Shown here: positions 50,710-57,958 of the stretch, one piece after another
Layout: the number at the start of each line of letters is the position of its first letter
Position numbering within the stretch: position 1 is the first letter of the stretch
Virus record (IMG/VR): IMGVR_UViG_2778261152_000005
Location: 1-57,958 of that record
Reading direction: 5' to 3' (one strand)
DNA: 57,958 nt
From: a virus
Lineage: Duplodnaviria; Heunggongvirae; Uroviricota; Caudoviricetes
Translations under genes and position numbers: made by a program
The notes under the pieces: model-generated
What the model was told of the DNA's origin: nothing
Databases searched by the model: none
The model's input: the letters and a program-made list of their open reading frames with translations, nothing else

Positions 50710-50755
50710 TGGTGCCGATAATAGGAGTCGAACCTACGACCTTCGCATTACGAAT
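50710..50755 (-). other. tRNA-Thr(CGU) 3' fragment (46 nt, anticodon loop to CCA), attachment core, not an intact tRNA
   Basis: Reverse complement ATTCGTAATGCGAAGGTCGTAGGTTCGACTCCTATTATCGGCACCA matches the 3' part of thrW from memory; the expected 5' D-arm half is absent. Confidence 0.75.
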
Positions 50756-50975
50756 TATAAGAATCCGCTTCTAATTCAAAGCATTACCCCATCAACACTG
50801 CGCTCACACGTCCCACCACATCAAAACATGTAAAGCCTTGCAAGCCATTGTGAGGCCTTATGTGTCTCAGTTTTGTCCCACTACGACCTGCACAGAAAAT
50901 AAGAAAATAGCGGTGATATCAAACAGTACAGAAGTCTTTTTTCTTTCAAATGGAGAAACTGATTAACCCGTTTAA

Positions 50976-51149
50976 TTGTACTCCTCATGGGCAATCAGCA
51001 GTCCTCAGAGTAATGGAATGGCAGAAAGGTTCGTGAAAACGATGAAGGAAGACTACATCGCGTTCATGCCGAAACCGAATGTAAGAACGGCATTGCATAA
51101 TCTTGCAGTGGCGATCGAACATTACAATGAAAACCATCCGCACAGTGCG
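50976..51149 (+). pseudogene. IS3-family (IS2-like) transposase C-terminal remnant, cut by IS1
   Basis: …[51 protein letters not shown] parallels the IS2 OrfB C-terminus from memory; the frame runs straight into the IS1 left end. Confidence 0.6.
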
Positions 51150-51204
51150 GGTAATGCTGCCAACTTACTGATTTAGTGTATGATGGTGATTTTAAGGTGC
51201 TTGC

Positions 51205-51480
51205 GTGGCTTCCATTTCCATCAGATGTCCTTCCTGCTCCGCTACTGAAGGCGTGGTGCGTAACGGCAAAAGCACTGCCGGACATCAGCGCTATCTCTGC
51301 TCTCATTGCCGTAAAACATGGCAACTACAGTTCACTTACACCGCCTCTCAGCCCGGTAAGCACCAGAAAATCATTGATATGGCCATGAATGGCGTCGGAT
51401 GTCGCGCCAGTGCACGCATTATGGGCGTTGGCCTCAACACGGTTTTACGTCACTTAAAAAACTCAGGCCGCAGTCGGTAA
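51205..51480 (+). CDS. insA: IS1 InsA
   Basis: 91 aa, [43 protein letters not shown]…; A6C slippery site near its 3' end. Confidence 0.9.
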   Translation: MASISIRCPSCSATEGVVRNGKSTAGHQRYLCSHCRKTWQLQFTYTASQPGKHQKIIDMAMNGVGCRASARIMGVGLNTVLRHLKNSGRSR

Positions 51481-51902
51481 CCTCGCGCATACAACCGGGC
51501 AGTGATGTGATTGTCTGCGCTGAAATGGACGAACAGTGGGGCTACGTCGGTGCTAAATCACGTCAGCGCTGGCTGTTTTACGCGTATGACAGGATACGGA
51601 GGACGGTTGTGGCGCACGTCTTCGGTGAACGCACTCTGGCCACACTGGAGCGTCTTCTGAGCCTGCTGTCGGCCTTTGAGGTCGTGGTATGGATGACGGA
51701 TGGCTGGCCGCTGTATGAATCACGCCTGAAGGGAAAGCTGCACGTTATCAGCAAGCGTTATACTCAGCGCATTGAGCGACATAATCTGAATCTGAGACAA
51801 CATCTGGCAAGGCTGGGACGGAAGTCACTGTCGTTCTCAAAATCGGTGGAGTTGCATGACAAGGTCATCGGGCATTATCTGAACATAAAACACTATCAGT
51901 AA
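51399..51902 (+). CDS. insB: IS1 InsB frame (expressed as InsAB' by -1 frameshift)
   Basis: …[33 protein letters not shown]…[46 protein letters not shown]…. Confidence 0.85.
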   Translation: MSRQCTHYGRWPQHGFTSLKKLRPQSVTSRIQPGSDVIVCAEMDEQWGYVGAKSRQRWLFYAYDRIRRTVVAHVFGERTLATLERLLSLLSAFEVVVWMTDGWPLYESRLKGKLHVISKRYTQRIERHNLNLRQHLARLGRKSLSFSKSVELHDKVIGHYLNIKHYQ

Positions 51903-52236
51903 GTTGGAGTCATTACCGTACTCTCCTTGGAGTATGAAGACGTTACTCACTTTAAGATTAGCATCCTCAAACCACTGTGAATTTGCTCCCATACGGAAAG
52001 AGGTGACTCAGACCTACAAAAATTTGTCAGGCCCGAAGGGTATCTTGCGCCAGCATAAAATACTGGATATAACCTAACTATTCATTTTAGCAATAGCCAT
52101 TGCTTACGAGAGCTAGCTAATCTACGTAAATGCTAGGCATAACAGTGTCTTTAAAAGATATAGGTGGAATAAGTTCTGAAGTATGAGTGCTCTTCTTTTT
52201 CATCTATTCGTAATCAAAATGTGGATGTGATTGTTA

Positions 52237-55200
52237 ATGACAAATAAAAAAAATTTGAGTAATCCTTTTTCTACAGGCGGAGGCGGTGTTCATTTTGAAG
52301 CACATGTCCAAGCGTCTTTTGTTGCTCTAATGCTAACAGGCGGTAATGCACCTTGTCTTCCTTGTTGGCCCATAGTGGAGATAAATCTCCAGGGCAAGAT
52401 TGATGGTTTTGATACCGACGACTTGATCGTCGTTGTTAAAGATTTCAACAGCAATGAAAAACGGAAGCTATTAGGACAAATAAAGCATTCTATTTCATTT
52501 ACGCAAGGTAATGCGATACTTGGGGAAGTTATACAGGCTGCTTGGAACGATTTCAACAATCCTGACTTGTTTACCAAGAACAAGGATGTTATTGCACTGA
52601 TCACCGGTCCGCTCAGTTCGACCGATACACACAATGTGCTCTGGTTATTGAATCAGGCTAGACACACAAAAACAGTCGATGAATTTTTGAGGAACGTTCA
52701 AAAAGCCAAGTTCAGCCCGCCTAAAAGTACTGAGAAACTGGAGGCCATCCAGTTTCATCTGAAGATGGCAAACAGTGGGAACGATTTAACAAACGATGAG
52801 CTTTATGACTTTTTGAACCATTTCCATTTACTAGGGTACGATCTGGGTAATGAATCAGGCGTCGTCCTTTCTTTGCTGCACTCCCACATAGCGCAATTCC
52901 ATCAACAGTATCCTCAGTGGGTTTGGTCGCGGATAGTTGATATCGTACAAACTTGGAATAAAGATGCTGGCACTATCATTTCAAGTAAGCTACCTGAAGA
53001 TCTTTTAGATGTTTTCAAACAAAGGGTTATTGCTGAAATACCTGAGAAGTTGAGGTTAGTACAACCGGTAGTCAAAACCGACTGGACTCACCACCCAGAT
53101 GCCTCTTATTTAGCCTTAGCAGTGTTGATTGGGCAATGGAATGATAAAAATGAGTGTGACCGAAATGTACTAACCCAATTGCTTGGTATCAGCTATGACG
53201 AATGGCTAAGGAAGGCTCGAGAGATTTTACATAGCCCAGACAGTCCTTTGTCCCTAAAAAACGGCATTTGGAAAGTAACAAATCGAATGGAGCTATGGAG
53301 TCTTCTTGGATCCCGCATTTTTGATCAGAATCTTGAATTGTTTAAGTCTTCCGCGATTTCCGTACTCAAAGAGCCAGACCCTGCTTTCGAATTACCTGCT
53401 GAAGAGCGTTACGCTGCTAGTATTCATGGTAAGGTGCTGAAGTTTTCATCCACGCTGCGACAAGGTATAGCAGAGGGTTTAGCCATAATCGGGAGTCGGC
53501 CAGAGGTTTGCGTTAACTGCTCTCAGGGGAATGCTGAAACTTCCGTTAACGTCGCAATACATACAATTTTGACTGATGCAAACTGGGTTTTATGGGGTAG
53601 CCTAAACGGTTTGCTACCAACTTTGGCTGAAGCAGCTCCTGCAAAATTTCTTGATGCAGTTGAGAAGGCAATGCGTCAGACTCCTTGTGTATTTGATGAG
53701 CTTTTTTCTCAAGAAGTAAATGGTATCACTGGTGGTAATTATCTGACAGGACTGCTATGGGCTCTAGAAGAATTAGCCTGGGATGAGCAATACCTAGTAC
53801 GCGTCTGTGTTGTACTGGCCGAACTTGCCAGCCACGATCCTGGGGGCAAGTGGGCTAATCGACCATCTAACTCGCTTACTACTATATTATTACCGTGGTT
53901 TCCGCAAACGCTGGCATCTATAGAAAAACGAAAAGTTGCAGTCAACGTCATCTTGCAGGAATGGCCTGACATTGCCTGGAATTTACTCGTCCAGCTTCTA
54001 CCCGGTCACCATCAAACCTCTTCTGGGTCACACAAGCCCTCTTGGCGCCGAATAATCCCAGATGATTGGGAAAGCAAAGTGACTAATCAGGATTACTGGT
54101 TGCAGACATCTTTTTATGCTGAGCTTGCCGTCAAAAACGCCGGAGAAGATATCGAACGCCTTACCTTGTTGATTGATAATTTTGATAGCCTTCCATCTCC
54201 TGCTTTCGAACATCTTCTTAAGCACCTCTCTTCGGAAACAATTAATTGTCTTAATGAAGAGCAGCGAGTTGTAATTTGGGATCATCTTCATCGATTCGCA
54301 AATAAACATCGGCGATTCTCTAATGCTAATTGGGCTTTACCTGATGATCTGCTGACCAAAATCGAAAATGTTGCCGAGCAACTGGCACCTACCAATCCAT
54401 TCAACTTATATCAGCACCTTTTTTCAAATCGAGATTTTGATCTTTACTTAGAAAATGGCGATTGGGAAGAACGGAGAAATAAACTCGAATCAAGGCGCGA
54501 ATCCGCAATATCAGAAATTCTTAGGCAAGATGGCGCAGAAGGCGTTATTCGATTTGCAGATCACGTTTCTGCGCCCCATCAAATAGGAAGTGTACTCGGC
54601 ACTATCAACGATGATGTGTTCGAAAAACTTCTTTTGCCCCGTTTCCTCAATACAAAAGAAAATAAGTATAAGGCATTGGTAAGCGCTTTTATTTGGAAGC
54701 GTTTCTATCTCAAAGGCTGGGAGTGGTTCGACAATCTGGATAAAGCTGACTGGACTCCTGAACAGTTAGGCCAATTCTTTGCTTATCTGCCTTTTAACAA
54801 GGAGACCTGGACCCGAATCTCTCATTATCCTCAAGCTTCCGAGAACGAATATTGGGCTCGCACCGATGCAAATCCTGACCTGGGTGAAGGTGATCTTACT
54901 AGTGCCATCGATAAGCTGATTGATCATGGCAGACCACTTGCGGCAATCAATTGCCTGTGCAGGATGCATCAGACAAAGCAGCCAATCGATACTGAACAGT
55001 GTATCCGCGCTTTGCTTGCTGCCACTTCAACTAACGAATCTAGCTCCAACATGGATGGTTACAACATAACTACCCTTATCCAATTTCTTCAGACTGATCC
55101 CAAAGTGAATCCGGATAATCTTTTTCAGATCGAGTGGGCTTACCTTCCATTGCTCGATGGTCACCAAGATGCTGTGCCTAAGTTCCTTGAGAATAAAATG

Positions 55201-55779
55201 GCTAATGATCCAGAATTTTTCTGCGAAGTAATCCAACTCATTTATCGTTCTGACAAAGAAGACAATATGACAAGTGAACCAACAGATGAATTGAAAGCAA
55301 TCGCAAAAAATGCCTGGACTCTTTTGTACAACTGGAAGACACCGCCAGGAAGCCAATCAAATGGGACGTTCAACGGAGAACGCTTTACTGAATGGCTTCA
55401 GAAAGTTAAGGAGGGTTCTACGGCATCAGGTCACCTGGACGTTGCACTCAGCAAAGTTGGTGAAGTCTTGATTTATACTCCCTCCGATCCGAATGGCTTG
55501 TGGATAAACCGAGAGGTCGCAGCTGCTCTCAACGATCGAGATGCTGAGAGTATGCGCAGGGGCTACATGACAGGAGCCTACAACTCACGAGGTGTTTATT
55601 GTGTTGATCCAACAGGAAAACCTGAGAGAGAGCTAGCTGACCAGTTCCGGGCAAAAGCAGAAGAAGTGGAAAACGCTGGTTTTCAGCGATTCGCCGTTAC
55701 CTTAAGAGATTTAGCGGTTGGCTATGACCACGAAGCTGCACAGGTTATCAGCAATCTAAATATTGGAGAGGATGATTAA
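52237..55779 (+). CDS. Large uncharacterised protein (about 1180 aa), candidate accessory or defence-island gene
   Basis: Single long ORF (track start is TTG at 52231; first ATG 52237); visibly AT-richer than surrounding DNA; no P-loop seen by eye; N-terminus …NPFSTGGGGVHFEAHVQASFVALMLTGG…GFDTDDLIVVVKD… unrecognised. Confidence 0.7.
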   Translation: MTNKKNLSNPFSTGGGGVHFEAHVQASFVALMLTGGNAPCLPCWPIVEINLQGKIDGFDTDDLIVVVKDFNSNEKRKLLGQIKHSISFTQGNAILGEVIQAAWNDFNNPDLFTKNKDVIALITGPLSSTDTHNVLWLLNQARHTKTVDEFLRNVQKAKFSPPKSTEKLEAIQFHLKMANSGNDLTNDELYDFLNHFHLLGYDLGNESGVVLSLLHSHIAQFHQQYPQWVWSRIVDIVQTWNKDAGTIISSKLPEDLLDVFKQRVIAEIPEKLRLVQPVVKTDWTHHPDASYLALAVLIGQWNDKNECDRNVLTQLLGISYDEWLRKAREILHSPDSPLSLKNGIWKVTNRMELWSLLGSRIFDQNLELFKSSAISVLKEPDPAFELPAEERYAASIHGKVLKFSSTLRQGIAEGLAIIGSRPEVCVNCSQGNAETSVNVAIHTILTDANWVLWGSLNGLLPTLAEAAPAKFLDAVEKAMRQTPCVFDELFSQEVNGITGGNYLTGLLWALEELAWDEQYLVRVCVVLAELASHDPGGKWANRPSNSLTTILLPWFPQTLASIEKRKVAVNVILQEWPDIAWNLLVQLLPGHHQTSSGSHKPSWRRIIPDDWESKVTNQDYWLQTSFYAELAVKNAGEDIERLTLLIDNFDSLPSPAFEHLLKHLSSETINCLNEEQRVVIWDHLHRFANKHRRFSNANWALPDDLLTKIENVAEQLAPTNPFNLYQHLFSNRDFDLYLENGDWEERRNKLESRRESAISEILRQDGAEGVIRFADHVSAPHQIGSVLGTINDDVFEKLLLPRFLNTKENKYKALVSAFIWKRFYLKGWEWFDNLDKADWTPEQLGQFFAYLPFNKETWTRISHYPQASENEYWARTDANPDLGEGDLTSAIDKLIDHGRPLAAINCLCRMHQTKQPIDTEQCIRALLAATSTNESSSNMDGYNITTLIQFLQTDPKVNPDNLFQIEWAYLPLLDGHQDAVPKFLENKMANDPEFFCEVIQLIYRSDKEDNMTSEPTDELKAIAKNAWTLLYNWKTPPGSQSNGTFNGERFTEWLQKVKEGSTASGHLDVALSKVGEVLIYTPSDPNGLWINREVAAALNDRDAESMRRGYMTGAYNSRGVYCVDPTGKPERELADQFRAKAEEVENAGFQRFAVTLRDLAVGYDHEAAQVISNLNIGEDD

Positions 55780-56338
55780 TCTAAACACCTAAATGTGGAG
55801 AAACTGGCTGTCAATCGATGTTCCTGTCACAGACAGCCAAGTTTTAGTTATTCGCTGATCTGCACTTAGTTGATGAATATAAACTCATCTTAGCAACGTA
55901 CCTCTCCCTCTTGATTAAAGGTAGCGTACATCGCCCCGTTGAACTCACAGTACTAACAGTCCTCGTGACAGTGGTTATCTGTGATGTAGAGTCTGTGGAG
56001 GCGGTTCAAATCCTCTCAGGCAAAAATATGTAAAATCGGTAGCAGCTGGAAATCATTCAATACTCGCACTATCGAAAGTTAGACAGCCAGCCGTGGCTCG
56101 TGCTTGCATACGACGTGCTGCGGTTTCATTTATCTCCGACCGGAAACTTCTTATACAGAGTCGATACGCCAACATCATAGATGATCGCCACCTTCTGGCG
56201 AGAAACTCCTGATGCAATTTGTCGTCCGGCCTGTGCCTATTGCTCCGGCGTGAGAGTAATACAGTAAACTGTAGAAAAAGCCCATTAAACCTAATATAAT
56301 AATAAGTTACAGAATTATCTTTACTGAATAATAGATAT

Positions 56339-56884
56339 ATGAATATTAGTGAACTTAAAAAGTGTATACACTATGAAGTAATAGGTTGTAAACGCCCTTT
56401 CTCCTGGCGAAAAGCAATTGTTCGCGCAATAAAACACAGAAGATCACGTTATTTATTTTGGTGGCGCGTAGCAAAATATCTTTTTGATAAAGGCGGATAC
56501 CGGCGAAAGATTGCAGGAAAAATAGAACGCTTCATTCTTGATAAATACAATGTAACCGTTCCCTTAACTGTAAATATTGGTAAAGGGTTCGACATATCTT
56601 ATCTCAATGGCGTTGTTATCGGTCACAAAGTTACAATAGGTGAAAATTGTTCAATTAAGCCTGGGGTAACTATTGGACTTCGCGGTGAATTTAATGATAT
56701 GGATATTGTCATAGGAAATAATGTAACCATTGGCTGTAACGCCACCATCCTTGGTGGCAAAGTGCATATAGGGAATAATGTAAAAATAGGAGCTCATGCA
56801 TTGGTACTGCATGACATTCCTGATGACTCCACATTCATTACCAAATTTCACTCTGAAATTATTTATAATTCATCTCACACATAA
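56339..56884 (+). CDS. Hexapeptide-repeat (left-handed beta-helix) acetyltransferase
   Basis: …VIGHKVTIGENCSIKPGVTIGLRG…IVIGNNVTIGCNATILGGKVHIGNNVKIGAHALVL… is a run of hexapeptide repeats; very AT-rich. Confidence 0.7.
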   Translation: MNISELKKCIHYEVIGCKRPFSWRKAIVRAIKHRRSRYLFWWRVAKYLFDKGGYRRKIAGKIERFILDKYNVTVPLTVNIGKGFDISYLNGVVIGHKVTIGENCSIKPGVTIGLRGEFNDMDIVIGNNVTIGCNATILGGKVHIGNNVKIGAHALVLHDIPDDSTFITKFHSEIIYNSSHT

Positions 56885-56894
56885 TTCCGTTTAA

Positions 56895-57467
56895 TCACAG
56901 CTCAGGCCATACGATATCCGGGGCTGTATTTATATCAATCCGACTCACTAATACCCGGTATTTTTTCCAGGAAGATAGCATCGAGACCTCCTCATCAGTT
57001 GCCATTTCAAAATTAACAGCATCCTGCAGAATTGTTATGTTATCAGTCGCTTCCTGGATTAATCTTGTCTTTTTCTCTTCCGCCTCCCGGATCCGGAAGA
57101 GTTTTTCTGCTTCCGTATCCTTCACCCAGGCTGTGCCGTTCCACTTCTGAAACTCCCCTCCCGGCGACAACCAGGTGACATTTTCCGGTAATGGGCCAAG
57201 TTCAGAAATAAATAACGCGTCGCCGGAAGCCACGTCATAGACGGTTTTACCCCGATGGTCTTCAACGAGATGCCACGATGCCTCATCACTGTTGAAAACA
57301 GCCACAAAGCCAGCAGGAATATCTGGCGGTGCAATATCGGTACTGTTTGCTGGCAGACCTGTATGAGGTGGAATATATGCGTCACCGTCACCAATAAATT
57401 CATTAGTTCCGGCCAGCAGATTATAAATTTTGATGGTTCGTGATTGTTCACTCATTCTGAATGCCAT
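56895..57467 (-). CDS. Tail fibre assembly protein (Tfa-like)
   Basis: 190 aa resembling lambda-type Tfa chaperones; directly downstream of the side tail fibre gene. Confidence 0.75.
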   Translation of the reverse strand: MAFRMSEQSRTIKIYNLLAGTNEFIGDGDAYIPPHTGLPANSTDIAPPDIPAGFVAVFNSDEASWHLVEDHRGKTVYDVASGDALFISELGPLPENVTWLSPGGEFQKWNGTAWVKDTEAEKLFRIREAEEKKTRLIQEATDNITILQDAVNFEMATDEEVSMLSSWKKYRVLVSRIDINTAPDIVWPEL

Positions 57468-57958
57468 TATGCAAGCCTCACAATATAGTTAAATGCGATG
57501 TTTTTGACGGTGTTTTCCGCGTTACCAGCAGCGTTAACGGTGATGGTGTGTCCATGTGAGCCAATCGCAACGGAGTGCGTATGAGCACCAATACCCACAG
57601 TATGTGTATGCGCCCCAGCACTTGCTGCAGTACCTGATACTGAGTGGGTATGCGCGCCAGCAGAATTCGTTGCACCTAAGTGAGTTTGAGCAGAGTTCGA
57701 CGAAGCTACTCTACCGGAGCTAACGTTAGCATTATCCCCCTGAGATATCGGATGCGTATGTGCACCTGCTGAAGCTGCTGTTCCGCTAACGCTATGGGTA
57801 TGCGCACCAGTGTTATTCGTAGATTTAGTTCCATAATCAAACGATGATGTGTTTTTTGTCCCTAAATCTGTATTTGAAGCACTGGCGCTGTGGGTGTGCG
57901 ATTTAATGCCGTCCTGTTCCTGAGACAATACGGCACGACCACTGGCGGGCTTGCCCTT
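57467..57958 (-). CDS. Side tail fibre protein, C-terminal portion (5' end outside window)
   Basis: GAHTHS(V/T) repeats (…[22 protein letters not shown]…) typical of lambdoid side tail fibre C-termini; frame open to window edge. Confidence 0.7.
   Translation of the reverse strand, partial: KGKPASGRAVLSQEQDGIKSHTHSASASNTDLGTKNTSSFDYGTKSTNNTGAHTHSVSGTAASAGAHTHPISQGDNANVSSGRVASSNSAQTHLGATNSAGAHTHSVSGTAASAGAHTHTVGIGAHTHSVAIGSHGHTITVNAAGNAENTVKNIAFNYIVRLA

Larger units (their letters stand above)
51150..51917 (+). mobile_element. IS1 (768 bp, variant isoform)
   Basis: Ends GGTAATGCTGCCAACTTACTGAT … ATCAGTAAGTTGGAGTCATTACC match IS1 inverted repeats; length exactly 768 bp; flanking 9-mers differ (CACAGTGCG vs GTACTCTCC), so no target duplication. 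Confidence 0.9.

Noticed and set aside
50710-50755. Possible intact tRNA-Thr gene
   Set aside because: Only the 3' 46 nt match; the adjacent sequence cannot form the acceptor or D arm.
50588-50833. 81-aa ORF spanning the tRNA-Thr fragment
   Set aside because: It runs across the integrase upstream region and the tRNA fragment; no coding signal.
55990-56025. GGCGGTTCAAATCC resembling a tRNA T-arm
   Set aside because: No complementary acceptor-stem partner or D/anticodon arms nearby; most likely a chance match.

Overview
The window starts in chromosomal paoC-paoD-yagP and then runs through a composite integration hotspot at the 3' end of tRNA-Thr(CGU), marked by three copies of the tRNA 3' end (2848-2866, 15539-15557, 50710-50755). 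Element A (about 2.85-15.56 kb) has a tyrosine integrase, a block of unrecognised genes, small DNA-binding proteins, an iteron array, an inverted-repeat-bounded segment and a serine recombinase. Element B (about 15.56-50.76 kb) is a temperate T7/SP6-like podovirus prophage: phage-21-type lysis cassette, O-antigen acyltransferase moron, T7-like virion and packaging genes, a cI/cro-like switch, a non-T7 replication module, AlpA and a P4-type integrase. The right end holds an IS2-like remnant cut by an IS1 with no target duplication, an AT-rich 1180-aa orphan protein, a hexapeptide acetyltransferase and the tail-fibre genes of a further prophage that runs off the window. The two candidates I rate highest are the orphan 1180-aa protein and a perfect palindrome (GGTCGGAATCCCGACC) repeated five times upstream of late genes in element B. 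All assignments are from reading the ORF translations and sequence by eye; no database search was run, and manually placed coordinates for repeats, hairpins and adjusted starts may be off by a few bases.
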